A DNA stretch of 64,000 nucleotides, from NCBI RefSeq assembly GCF_006345805.1, contig NC_043008.1, positions 58,218,001 to 58,282,000 on the forward strand. Direction: 5' to 3'. The notes below the pieces were generated by a model. That model was given only the letters and a program-made list of their open reading frames with translations. It was not told the DNA's origin and did not search any database. Position numbers and translations under genes: made by a program. The stretch comes from Octopus sinensis. Its lineage: Eukaryota. Shown piece after piece: positions 38,273 through 49,775 of the stretch. Every line of letters begins with the position of its first letter. Within the stretch, counting starts at the first letter, position 1.

Positions 38273-38398
38273 GATCCTCGTGGAGCTTTAGGTATTTTCG
38301 CTCAATAAACACACACAACGCCCGGTCTGAGAATCGAAACCGCGATCCTCCGACCGCGCGTCCACTGCCCGAACCACTGGGCCATTGCGCCTCCACAA
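38273..38398 (-). mobile_element. Head fragment of SINE family A
   Basis: Reverse complement of GGAGGCGCAATGGCCCAGTGG...AAAGCTCCACGAGG. Confidence 0.85.
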
Positions 38399-39119
38399 GG
38401 ATCCACGTAGAGTTCTAAATATCGGTTGTAAGTCAGGTAATTGAAATCGTCCCCGAACAAACAAACACAGCCAGACAGACACACCCACACACCCACGTAT
38501 ATGTCATGTGATATTCGATTTTAGGTGAATAATCAAAGCAGAAGAATTGCTATAAAGAAACATTATTTAAATCTAATTAAGCTAATTAACAAACGAACGA
38601 TGTTTGAGCACGACGCTTCGCCGATTGTTCCATAGTAAAATATCTTTCCTCGTCTAGTGTAATATTCAAGGAAACAACACAACGCACAACATCGTCTTTT
38701 GTGATATATAGAAATGCCAAATTCAATTCAAAGAAACCATTTTGTTGAAATGCTCCTTATTTGCTGGGTATCGGAATAACGGAAACCCAATATATTAGAT
38801 ACCTTAATTCTATTTGAATTTGTATTCTTGCATTAACAGGTAAATTGGATGTTAGATTTGCAGCTTATATTTCTACGATTTCTCTCTATTCATTAGAAAA
38901 TAAGGTATATGCCTTGCTATGAGCAAGCATTAAAATCATTCTTGAGAAACGGTTGCACCAATACTGGGCTAGTACTCTATATATTGACTCCGAAAGGAAG
39001 AAAATATAGTTTGACGCCGACGGGATTAGATCTCGGAACGAAGAGAGCTGAAACAAACGTAGCAATGTATTCTATTGGACACTAACGACTCTGTCAGATG
39101 ACTATCTTTTATACAAACA

Positions 39120-39520
39120 CGCGCATATGTAGCAACATACATACAATAAAAATACAAAATGGGACAAGAACGCAAAACATCCAGATAGACGATACAAAAA
39201 ACACGGACGGGTCATTCGAAGCCTTTAATCTCCAGTCAAGGACCGGATCATCCTCGCAATTTCGGCTAATTAATCTTGAGATTGCGCCAATCTGGCCAGC
39301 CCCAAGGAAAAACTAAGCTAAGAGCATTAGATTCCTTGGAAAAAGGATCGAATGTATACGAAACAAGGACGGAAAAACGGACGACGTTAGACGAATATAA
39401 ATACATAAATAATACAAAAAAAAACAACAACAATAATAAGAACAGGACATAACAATAGGCGTCTTTCGACTGGAGCCAAATTGAATTTAGCTGGCGTGTT
39501 GGGAATTAAGCCTTTTGGCA
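39120..39520 (-). repeat. Family E dispersed repeat
   Basis: Reverse-complement match to 1215-1620. Confidence 0.8.
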
Positions 39521-39861
39521 CAGGGAAAAATCGATGTGACCGTGACCGTGGGCCAACGCAAAAGGCCTAGCAGTCGGCCAACGGTCTCGTAAGAAGAGAA
39601 CATTTATATATGCGTGTGTGATACTCTCTCTTTCTCTTTCTCTCTGTATCTCTTTCCCGTTCTCTCTTCCTCCCCCTCTTTCTGGCTATAAACGCAAGCA
39701 TGACTGTATAGTCGGGTGCTTGCTACCCAGCCGCATTATTTCGGGCCCAGCTCAAATGCGCAACACCTTGGCCAAGTGTTTTCTGTTATAGCTTCGGACC
39801 GACCAAAGCCTTGCCAGTGAATTTAGTTGATGAAGATATCTCTAAACCTGTACCTATAGCT

Positions 39862-39911
<50 letters not shown>

Positions 39912-39990
39912 CTCACCATGATAACCGTGACCGACCAGGATATCATGTTGCTACACATCGCTGGTCACAATACGCTTCGCATTGTTTTAG

Positions 39991-40316
39991 TCGACTTTGC
40001 CTTTCATCCTTTCGGAGTCGATTAAATAAGTACCAGTTACGCACTGGAGTCGATGTAATCAACTTAATCCGATTGTCTGTCCTTGTTTGTCCTTTCTGTG
40101 TTTAGCCCCTTGTGGGTAGTAAAGAAATAGGTTTTTCGTCTGCCGCTACGTTCTGAGTTCAAATTCCGCCGAGGTCGACTTTGCCTTTCATTCTTTCGGG
40201 GTCGATAAATTCAGTACCAGTTACGCACTGGGATCGATGTAATCGACTTAATCTCTTTGCCTGTCATTGTTCGTCCCCTCTGTGTTTAGCCCCTTGAGGG
40301 CAATAAAGAAATAAGT
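39991..40316 (+). mobile_element. Head-less SINE family C dimer
   Basis: Starts at GTCGACTTTGCC; junction AAAGAAATAGGTTTTTCG at ~40121-40138. Confidence 0.88.
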
Positions 40317-40820
40317 TATATAAATACGTGTCCATGTGTGAGTGTGTATGTGTGTGTGTGTGTGTGTGTGTGTTTATGTATAGACAGTCGTGAACAACAC
40401 AGACAATCCCCTTCTTCAACAAGTGGAAGATCCAAATATGTGACATTTAGAGGGAGAGAGGGTCTTCGTCTGTATTCAGATGGTATTTTATTGTTAGACC
40501 CTGGAAGGATGAAATACAGAGTCAATTTCGGAGAGATATGAATTCAGGACATAGCGAAGTAGAAGAAATATCGCAACGCATTCTGTCTGTACATAGAAAG
40601 AATAATATGTATATAACAGACTATCAGTTCTCTCCAGGTGGTGTCCTGTTCGTTTTAAACCATTCAAATGGATCATTCAATGAAAGTCAGAAGAAACCAG
40701 TGTTTTTTTACCTCCTCAGAAAACCGTAAACAACATGAACTGGGATTGGTCAGTTAGCAATAACAACAAAAACGGTGAAGAGCATGTCGCCAATTTACAA
40801 TATATTCAATTCAAAGCATA

Positions 40821-41195
40821 CTCTTTTACTTGTTTCAGTCATTTGACTGCGGCCATGCTAGAGCAGCACCTTTATAGTGGAGCAAATCGACCCCAGAGCA
40901 TATTCTTTGTAAGCCTAGTAGTTATTCTATGGGCCTCTTTTGCCAAACCGCTAAGTTACGCGGACGTAAACACACCAGAATCGGTTGTCAAGCGATGCTG
41001 GAGGAACAAACATACACACACACAAATACATATACATATACGACGGGCTTCTTCCAGTTTCCGTCTACCAAATCCACTCACAAGGCTTTGGTCGGCCCGA
41101 GGCTATAGTAGAAGACACTTGCCCAAGGTGCCACGCAGTGGGACTGCACCCGGAACCATGTGGTTGGTAAGCAAACTACTTACCACACAGCCACT
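40821..41195 (-). mobile_element. SINE family B
   Basis: Reverse-complement match to 5499-5902. Confidence 0.9.
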
Positions 41196-41442
41196 CATAA
41201 TTACATGAATGAACAATTGATAGTATCTATTATCGTCTGTATGGAACACTTACCACTGGTCAAAAATTCCACTATTTGGATATCGAGTGCCTTACAATAC
41301 TGTGCTGTTAACAAACGAGAGCAGCAGAAATCAATCGTAAGCAGAAGACACAAACAAAATGATCGATCACCAGACAAATGTCTGTAGACTCAGAAAAAAA
41401 ATATTGGGCAGTTAGATAATATAATCCAGTGCAAAGCGAATA

Positions 41443-41835
41443 GGATATAGGAAGCACTCCGTCGGTTACGACGATGAGGGTTCCGGTTGATCCGAATCAA
41501 CGGAACAGCCTGCTCGTGAAATTAACGTGTAAGTGGCTGAGCACTCCACAGACACGTGCAGCCTTAACGTAGTTCTCGGGGATATTCAGCGTGACACAGA
41601 GAGTGACAAGGCCGGCCCCTTGAAATACAGGTACAACAGAAACAGGAAGTAAGAGTGAGAGAAAGTTGTGGTGAAAGAGTACAGCAGGGATCACCACCAT
41701 CCCCTGCCGGAGCCTCGTGGAGCTTTTTAGGTGTTTTCGCTCAATAAACACTCACAACGCCCGGTCTGGGAATCGAAACCGCGATCCTATGACCGCGAGT
41801 CCGCTGCCCTAACCACTGGGCCATTGCGCCTCCAC
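41443..41835 (-). mobile_element. tRNA-headed SINE, body A + tail T2
   Basis: Reverse complement of 21780-22168; TSD GCAAAGCGAATA at 41431-41442 and 41836-41847. Confidence 0.92.
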
Positions 41836-43199
41836 GCAAAGCGAATAATAGATTCACGGACGATGAATCTATTATGCGAGTTCGTGATAGATTATTTGCA
41901 GTCTACTCATCCTGTCAGCAGAAAGTTATGCATGAGTACACGTGAGAGATTACCAACAACATTGACAGGAATAGTAAGCTGTCTTGAATTTGCGATAAAT
42001 ATATCACATTGCACATGGAAGGCTGTGCCTTTGTTATCCAAGAACAGATGTCGGATCTTTTCGGTTTGAACGGCAGTTTTTTCTAGCGGTGTCATATGAA
42101 ATTGTCACCCATAATTATGACCCTAGTATCGATCTATTGCATTTCAATCCATTTTAGGGTTAGAGGGAAGGGTATCTTTTTTCCTTCACAAATGTAAATA
42201 AACCCAATTTGTTTCTTAAACGAGGGACATATTCATACGGCACAGAATGTTTTTTTTTTACCTCAATAGACGTCAGTGATTGGTTGAAATTGCAGAAATT
42301 GAAGAAAAAGAAACAACAAATATCTTACAAACATCCCCCATTAAACACTTAATTTCTTAATGGTGGATACAAAGATTAAAAACGAAAACGAACAACAAAA
42401 ATAAATCCAAACAGTTGGCTTGTTTGAAGCAGTGTTAAACACTGATTTTTTCAGAGTGATTAACATGTTTTTTACTGAAGTTGATAACTGATAAGATAAC
42501 ACTAATGCTTCCTGGCGACTCTCTTCTATGTTATCAGCGTTTCAAACAGCCCAGACACATATTTACATTCAGCCCCAATTTACTTAAGAAATCGCATTTA
42601 AACATTCAGTGTTAAAAGTATAGACGGTAAAACCTCCAGATTTTGGTTCTTTAAATATGATACGAAAGAATTCGTTGATAATCGCTACTAAAAGATTTCA
42701 TCCTCGAAACTTGATCCTGGCCCAACAGTATAAACATACTGAATGAGAAAAATAAAAAAGATATACGAAACTATTTTTTGAGTAAGGGTATAAACAATTA
42801 CAGTTTTCGGTCTGTGCTTTGTGAGCGTAAGTGTTAAACGTAGAAAAGTACATTGTTGTCATATTACCGCAGTAATTAAAGCAGGGTGCGTGAAAATAAG
42901 GCATGCGATCGAATCTTAGCGGATTCAGACATTTTATGTTTGCTTTATGTACCTGCACGCAGTTTTTCGTTTCGAAAGACACACTGTGTCTAGCGATTCA
43001 CTTCCTGCGTCCTGAGTGAAGCCTTGAGTTTTCAACATATAAATCTCTCTAAGAGGTTTATCTGAGTAAAATATATTACAGCTAGTGCCGTTCCACGTTT
43101 GTATACGCATTAAAAATGCTATATACACTATCAATTTAATCTAAGGCTGTTTATCAGTCGCTCCAAGTTTACTAATTACAAGATTCAACATTTAAAACT

Positions 43200-43469
43200 T
43201 CTACAGTTCTATATTTAAGAGATGAGGAATTATGTACACTATTTACATTTGATGGATATTTGTCCTCGTCTTGTTTGTTGTTAACACAACGTTTCGGTTG
43301 ATATACCCTCGAGCCTTCATCAAGTGTCTTGGGGAAATTTCGAATATGGGTTCTCATTCCTAAGGCGTTTTCGATTATCATTATTATTATTATTATTATT
43401 AAGGTCACTGCCTGGAATCGAACTCGGAATCTTGGGGTTAGTAGCCCGCGCTCTTAACCACTACGGCAT
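43200..43469 (-). mobile_element. Family F: tRNA-like head + (AAT)n + HHR-bearing tail, left arm
   Basis: Minus: ATGCCGTAGTGGTTAAGAGCGCGGGCTACTAACCCCAAGATTCCGAGTTCGATTCCAGGCAGTGACC-(TAA)n-...GACACTTGATGAAGGCTCGAGGGTATATCAACCGAAACGTTGTGTT. Confidence 0.85.
43283..43328 (-). ncRNA. Minimal type-I hammerhead-like motif (C3>U)
   Basis: GACAC-TTGATGA-a-GGCTC(GAGGGTATAT)CAACC-GAA-ACGT-T-GTGTT; 5-bp stem I including one G-U, palindromic ACGT stem III. Confidence 0.65.
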
Positions 43470-43725
43470 ATGGCGTAGTGGTTAAGAGCTCGGGCTCCTA
43501 ACCCCAAGATTCCGAGTTCGATTCAAGGCAGTGACTTGAACAACAACAACAACAACAACAATAATAATGATAATAATAATAATAACAACAACATCGAAAA
43601 ATACCGTAGGAATGAGAACCCAGGTTCGAAGGCCTGGAGGGTATATCAGACGAAACGTTGTGTTAACAACAAACAAGATGAGGACAAATATCCGTCAAAT
43701 ATAAATAATGTAAATAATGTATTTA
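43470..43725 (+). mobile_element. Family F right arm (HHR core deleted)
   Basis: A box TGGCGTAGTGG, B box GAGTTCGATTC, then (AAC/AAT)n and the same tail. Relative to the left arm, ATTTCCCCAAGACACTTGATGAA is deleted between two GAA motifs. Confidence 0.85.
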
Positions 43726-43762
43726 AAAATTCTTTTTGTTAATATAATTCATCTACAATACA

Positions 43763-43975
43763 GGGAACTGGTAGAGTCGTTAGTACGCTGGGCGAAATGC
43801 TTATCGACATTTCGTCCGACTGTATGTTCTGAGTTCAAATCCTGCCGATGCTGACTATGCCTTTCATCCTTTCGAGATTGATAAAATAAGTACCAGTTCA
43901 ATACTGGGGTGGTTGTAATCGACTTACTCACCCATTCCCAATATTGCTGACCTTGTCTCAAAATTTAAAGCCAAT
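43763..43975 (+). mobile_element. SINE family C monomer
   Basis: Head, core and monomer tail. Confidence 0.8.
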
Positions 43976-44329
43976 ATAATTCGTCTGTTTGTCTGATTAC
44001 ATATCAGATGGCTTTCACAGAAATATGTAACAAATTACCAGGTTTGCATTCTGCGACCTCCAGTTTTTACCAAGTAAAGATTTTATTAGAATTATTTATG
44101 TCTGCATTAAAATATTGGCAAATTATATTTATGCAAAGCGTTCACATTTATCATGTAAAATGATTTCCTGCTCTCGCACAAATCAATGAAATCTATTTTT
44201 ACACAGTAATGCTTAAATGAATTTTAAAATAAATTTGAAAGTGAGTTGGCAGAAGTTACTGTCACGATTATGGTAAATTGAAATTACAAGACTTATTCTT
44301 CGGCGACATGAGTAATAATCGTTTCAATT

Positions 44330-44480
44330 TTTGGCACAAAGCCAGCAGTTTTAGGGGAGAAGAATTGTTGATTACATCGACTCCATGCTCAACTAGTTCT
44401 TATTTAATCGGCCTCGGAAGGATGAAAGACAAAATTTGAACTCACGACATAAAGTCAGAAGAAATATCGCTAAATATTTA
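44330..44480 (-). mobile_element. Degenerate SINE family C
   Basis: GATTACATCGACTCC...GGAAGGATGAAAG...TTTGAACTC. Confidence 0.65.
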
Positions 44481-44513
44481 AGTCAAAATGGTAATAAAAT
44501 AACCAAAACAAAA

Positions 44514-44668
44514 TATGGCTGCGGTAAGAAGCTTGCTTCCGAACCACATGGTTCAGAGCTTCAGTCCCACTGCATGGCACCTTGGAAAAGTGTCTTCTAC
44601 TATAGCCTCCAGTCGACCAAAGCTTTGTTAATGGATTTAGTAGACAGAAAATGAAAGACGCTAGTCAT
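44514..44668 (+). mobile_element. SINE family B, 5' half
   Basis: ATGGCTGCGGTAAGAAGCTTGC...GGCACCTTGGAAAAGTGTCTTCTACTATAGCC. Confidence 0.8.
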
Positions 44669-44673
44669 GTATA

Positions 44674-44960
44674 TCTCTTATTATAAAAGGCAGATTTTAT
44701 CTGCCTCCCTTTGGGAGTTATACAAATCTACAATATAGGATTTCTTCAATTACAATTTACCTAGCATTTTTGAGAGTACAATGCATCGTGTCATGCCAGG
44801 TCCAGTTTTTAAAATTTAAACTCCAATTAAGCAAAATTTACAGAAAACTCACATTCTGGTGTGTGTGTCAAATGCTTTTCTTAGTCTGGTTTACACCACA
44901 CGCAAACGCACACACACAGTGGGCAACGAATAAAATGAAAGTAATTGACTTACTGTAGTG
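44674..44960 (+). mobile_element. Probable Helitron 5' portion
   Basis: A|TCTCTTATTATAAAAG start resembles A|TCTTTATATATAAAAG at 46241; no CTAG 3' end found. Confidence 0.45.
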
Positions 44961-45047
44961 AGTGATTCTTTCACTCTGCCTCCCACTTCCTCTTTCCACA
45001 CATAGACACGCAAATATATAAATAAAATTGTAAGCTAACGTGCGTGT

Positions 45048-45096
<49 letters not shown>

Positions 45097-45184
45097 TGAG
45101 GGTGCGTGTGTGTGTGCGTGTGCGTGAGTGTGTGACAGGAAAGTTTTTTACGAAGAATATAAGACCTATATCCAAGTAGCAGAA

Positions 45185-45450
45185 AGATAAGACAGTAAGG
45201 TGTGATTTGAGGGAGATTTGGCTGCTATTTCTACCATGTCTAGCTGCTATGTAGGGGTCTCCCTCATAGGCTCATACATACATATATACATAGATAAGAC
45301 AGTAAGGTGTGATTTGGGGGAATTTGGCTGCTATTTCTACCAGGTCTAGCTACCATGTAGAGGTCCCCCTCATTGGCTCATATATATATACATACATAAG
45401 ACAGTAAGGTGTGATTTGAGGGAGATTTGGCTGCTGTTTCTACCAGGTCT
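45185..45450. repeat. ~105-bp tandem repeat, 2.5 copies
   Basis: GACAGTAAGGTGTGATTTG at 45191, 45298 and 45400. Confidence 0.9.
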
Positions 45451-45521
45451 GTTAGGCCTTCTCATGTAAACTCAAGCTTTCTCATGCCTTGAACATAAGA
45501 CCAAAGCAGAGAATGTATTCT

Positions 45522-45760
45522 TTTATTCTTCTGCTTTTTCCAGCCATTGGTCTGTGGCCATGCTGGGGCAATGCCTTGAAGAATTGTAGTTTAATGAATC
45601 AACTCCAGTTTTATTTTTGTAAGCATTGTACTTATTCTATCTGTTTCCTTTGTCAAACCACTAGGTGACAGGGATGTAAACAAACCAACATTCGTTGTCA
45701 AGCAGTGGTGGAGGACAATCACAAGCACAGACACGCACACACACACACATACATGCATAC
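45522..45760 (-). mobile_element. SINE family B-like, 3' half
   Basis: GGCCATGCTGGGG...GTACTTATTCTATC...CGTTGTCAAGC. Confidence 0.75.
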
Positions 45761-45815
45761 ACATATACACACATACATACATACATACATATATATATAT
45801 GTGTGTATATATATA

Positions 45816-46135
45816 TTGCAGCGTGGAAGGTGTTTGTAAGCCATTTAAGAAACACACAAAAACCGTTACATTCACTTCAACATTTAAATTTAATTTGCCA
45901 AAATATTTTCGTCGCTTTGAGACCGCGACCTGTTCACTGACAAAAATATCGTGCTAACAGGTCGCGGTCTCAAAGCGACGAAAATATTTTGACAAATTAA
46001 ATTTAAATGTTGAAGTGAATCTAACGGTTTTTGTGTGTTTCTTAAATGGCTTATAAACACCTTCAACGCTGCAACTGTTTTCGTTCCAGCACACGATCTC
46101 AGATCAAGTCACTTGCTATGCAAGTACATCTCTGT
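45816..46135. repeat. Inverted dyad of an unclassified ~190-bp element
   Basis: 45816-45934 vs 45956-46074, 4 mismatches counted; the right arm continues to ~46135. Another copy lies at 57434-57660. Confidence 0.92.
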
Positions 46136-46240
46136 AACTATATATATATTTATATATATATATATATATATGTATATTGGTAAAAACAGTAAGATAACAA
46201 AAGAAAGAAAGAGACCTCAATATTATGTAAATAGAGGAAA

Positions 46241-46627
46241 TCTTTATATATAAAAGTGAGGTTGTGTGTCTGTCTCCTACGATTTAGATTCCTCCCACAT
46301 TTTGCGGTGCAGTTTAACCAAAACCGGGTATCTTATAGTCGTGATTCATATCGAGACCGTCTGGGTATTAGCGCGCGTCTACGATGAGTCTACGATTTAA
46401 AAAAAATTTACCATCAATTTTTCCCATTTTTAATCCATTTTTGACATATATAAGGGAAGTAACTCTCTAAAATTTATTATTAAATCTCAGAACGTAAAAA
46501 GCTACAGTAACACCCCTCCCCCTTTGTGGTTAGCCATATTGAGATGGCTATTATACTTTACATCTCTAAAAATGCTTATATAATTATTTCCCTTACAAAC
46601 CCGAGCAACGCCGGGCGATACTGCTAG
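46241..46627 (+). mobile_element. Non-autonomous Helitron
   Basis: A|TC start, CCCGAGCAACGCCGGG hairpin at 46600-46615, CTAG|T end, no TSD. Confidence 0.85.
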
Positions 46628-46645
46628 TATATATATATATGTAAA

Positions 46646-46833
46646 TATAAATTAGAGGAGAACCACCATGTAGCAATTCAAAAATTATATAATTAAATCA
46701 TACCATATAGAAAAAAAATAAATATACGATGAAACATATACCTATAATTAAGTAAAGTACAAAATAATAGATAAATAGTATATAAATTATATCACTGTTG
46801 AATTGCTATATGGTGGTTCTTCTCTAATTTATA
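46646..46833. repeat. Short inverted-repeat element (36-bp arms)
   Basis: 46646-46681 vs 46798-46833, 2 mismatches, TA flanks. Confidence 0.8.
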
Positions 46834-46911
46834 TACATATATTATATATTGTGAAATTTGATTTAGTATTACTAAATTGAAAATTCCCTCTAAGTTTGGA
46901 ATTATATTCCC

Positions 46912-46959
<48 letters not shown>

Positions 46960-46962
<3 letters not shown>

Positions 46963-47210
46963 ATGTATGCGTCTATGTGTGTGTGTCTTTGTGTCTATGT
47001 TTGTCTCCCACTATCAACGCATGAGAACCGGTGTTGGCGTGTTTACTTCCCCGTAACTTAGCAGTTCCGCAAAAGTGATTGATAGAATAAGTACTAGGCT
47101 TAAGAAATAAGTCCTGGGGATCGATTCGATTTGTTCAACCAAAAGCCTTGAAGGTGATGATCCAGCATGGCCGCAGTCAAGTGGCTGAAACAAGTAAAAT
47201 AATAAAATAA
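46960..47210 (+). mobile_element. SINE family B, 3' half
   Basis: CCCCGTAACTTAGC...GATAGAATAAGTACTAGG...CAGCATGGCCGCAGTC. Confidence 0.8.
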
Positions 47211-47564
47211 ATGTAATTGCTAAGCACTAAATTTAAGACCGAATTATATTAGGAAATAATTAATCAAATGTATTAAAATTTGATAAATTAATGGAATTGG
47301 ACATAAAAATACAACATTGACTAATTTATCAAATGCAAGTATTTCTTTATTTTTATTAAAATAGGTTTTAAAATGGTTACTTGTTTTTTTTATGTTTGTT
47401 GAACAAAGAAAAATTCAAAATGCTTTTTTTAAACAAAATTATCAAAAATTTATTTTTAAAAATTGATTTTGGTTTTGGCCATTTGTACTTTAGGACTTTT
47501 TTTCTTTCTGCATGGCTGGAAACTGCTATTTCGTTTTCGTTTTTGTACCATCACACTGAATATT

Positions 47565-48104
47565 ATTTCTGGAAGCAGGTAAGGGCAGCAAAGGATTGGG
47601 CAGGGGAAACGCCAGGCACCATCAGAAGGTTCTACATGATAACATTCAGTGCATCATTAAGCTGGCCATCGAAGTGAGGGCGCGTGGCTTAGTGGTTAGG
47701 GCATTCGGCTCATGATCGTAAGGTTGTGAGTTCGATTCCCGGCGACGCGTTGTGTCCTTGAGCAAGACACTTTATTTCACGTTGCTCCAGTCCACTCAGC
47801 TGGCAAAAATGAGTTGTACCTGTATTTCAAAGGGTCAGCCTTGTCACTCTCTGTGTCACGCTGATTATCCCCGAGAACTACGTTAAGGGTACACGTGTCT
47901 GTGGAATGCTCAGCCATTTGCACGTTAATTTCACGAGCAAGCTGTTCCGCTGATCGTATCAGCTGGGACCCTTGTCGTCGTAACCGGCGGAGAAAGAAAA
48001 AGCTGGCCATCTGAAGCTTGGTTCGTTATGGTGGTGTCACGTGCATTTCAAGTTTGATCTATGAGGAAACGTGCGGTGTGCTCAAGGTATTTTTCGAGAA
48101 TGTG
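47565..48104 (+). pseudogene. H4: Truncated histone H4 pseudogene interrupted by a SINE
   Basis: ATT(lost ATG)-SG(+1 nt)[31 protein letters not shown] | SINE | [31 protein letters not shown] aligns to H4 residues ~1-65. Confidence 0.93.
47675..47999 (+). mobile_element. CORE-type SINE + tail T2
   Basis: tRNA head, then GTGTCCTTGAGCAAGACACTTTATTTCACGTTGCTCCAGTCCACTCAGCTGGCAAAAATGAG, alignable by eye to the MIR CORE domain. TSD AAGCTGGCCATC(T)GAAG at 47659-47674 and 48000-48016. Confidence 0.9.
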
Positions 48105-48246
48105 AACGAGATTTTTCCCCATTTATCTCAAATAGGTCGACTAATATTTACTGTATTACTTTCTGACTGGCGCCAATTAATTCATTTCTGGCCGCTTTAT
48201 TGTCATTTTTCTCCTTCACTTACTTGTCAATTAATATAATTTAGAA

Positions 48247-48975
48247 GACGGCGAGCTGGCAGAAACGTTAGTACGCCGGGCGAAATGCTTAGCGGTATTT
48301 CGTCTGCCGCTACGTTCTGCGTTCAAATTCTGCTGAGGTGACTTTGCCTTTCATCCTTTCGGGGTCGATAAATTAAGTACCAGTTACACACTGGGGTCGA
48401 TGTAATCGACTTTATCCCTTTGTCCGTCCTTGTTTGTCCCGTCTGTGTTTAGCCCCTTGTGGGTAGTAAAGAAACAGATATTTCGTCTGCCGTTACGTTC
48501 TGAGTTCAAATTCCGCCGAGGTGACTTTGCCTTTCATCCTTTCGGGGTCGATAAATTAAGTACCAGTTACGCACTGGGGTCGATGTAATCTACTTAATCC
48601 GTGTTTGTCCCCTCCGTGTAGCCCCTCGTGGGTAGTAAAGAAACAGATATTTCGTCTGTCTTTACGTTCTGGGTTCAAATTCCGCCGAGGTCGACTTGCC
48701 TTTCATCCTTTCGGGGTCGATAAATTAAGTACCAGTTACGCACTGGAGTCGATGTAACCGACTTAATCAGTTTGTCTGTTCTTATTTGTCGTCTCTGTGT
48801 TTAGCCCCTTGTGGGTAGTAAAGAAATAGGTATTTCGTCTGCCGCTACGTTCTGAGTTCAAATTCCGCCGAGGTCGACTTTGCCTTTCATCCTTTCGGGT
48901 TTCATCCTGGGGTCGATCTATTCGCCTGTCCCTCCTCCTCCAAAATTTCGGTCCTTGATCCTAGAGTAGAAAAGA
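48247..48975 (+). mobile_element. SINE family C tetramer ending in monomer tail
   Basis: TATTTCG restarts at 48296, 48479, 48648 and 48831. Confidence 0.92.
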
Positions 48976-49471
48976 ATATAATTTACGTTTTGATTACAGT
49001 AAAAACTCTTTGAAAAGAATAGATTTTTTAGCTTTTATATTTTTCGAGTTTTGCCTCAATAACAACTATGGATTTGTCTGCAAAAATAGTGGGCTAGCAA
49101 GAAAATGCAAGCGCATAATTGAACTTACAAAAACTACAGGACAAGAGGTGAAAGCTTAAAAGTATTGCAGCTGGAGCTGAAGTCTGTTGTTAAGTAATTT
49201 GTCTTTTAAACAGGTTTTTCGAAAGAAAAAAATTGAAACTAAAATTAAAGAGAAGACTAGGCTGCAGTTGATGGTCTTGTGGTTAATTCTGAAGAGCCTT
49301 TTTCCTTTCCCCAATAGTACACTCTCATACGTGTGTTTGATTCAGATCATGCCCAATTCTTTATACCTAGTTTAAGAAAGATAAATAGAATGTGTCATTT
49401 GCAGAAGAGAAATTTGTTGGTCAAGCTTTATAAAAAGGGAAGGGTTTCTGAGTATCACGCGTCCAAGAGTG

Positions 49472-49775
49472 TTTTTGTTCCTTCTCGAGCCACGTCTGGC
49501 TCATTAGGGCCGGTTTCCCGGTTTCTTTGGCGTATAGGTTCCCCACCTGGACGGGACGCCGGTCCGTCGTAGGTGAGCTGCAAGATGCAGGAGGAAAGAG
49601 TGAGAGAAAGTTGTGGCGAAAGAGTCAGCAGAAGTTCGTCATTACCTTCTGCCGGAGCCGCGTGGAGCTTAGGTGTTTCGCTCATAAACACACAAATAGT
49701 CCGGTCTTAGATTCGAACCCGCGATCCCTCGACCACGAGTTCGCTGCTCTAACCACTAGACCATGTGCCTCCACT
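49472..49775 (-). mobile_element. tRNA-headed SINE, body A variant + T1-like tail
   Basis: Reverse complement of 3132-3432; TSD CAAGAGTG at 49464-49471 and 49776-49783. Confidence 0.92.

Noticed and set aside
40385-40800. Coding-looking unique stretch (ORFs 40338-40541, 40538-40729)
   Set aside because: No recognisable motif, stops in all frames across the stretch, and no convincing splice sites.
43400-43540. Pair of real tRNA genes
   Set aside because: A and B boxes are present, but acceptor, anticodon and T stems pair poorly and the heads run into repeat tails; the same applies to the other SINE heads.
48018-48239. Functional histone H4 variant
   Set aside because: Lost start codon, frameshift, in-frame stop, SINE insertion and C-terminal truncation.
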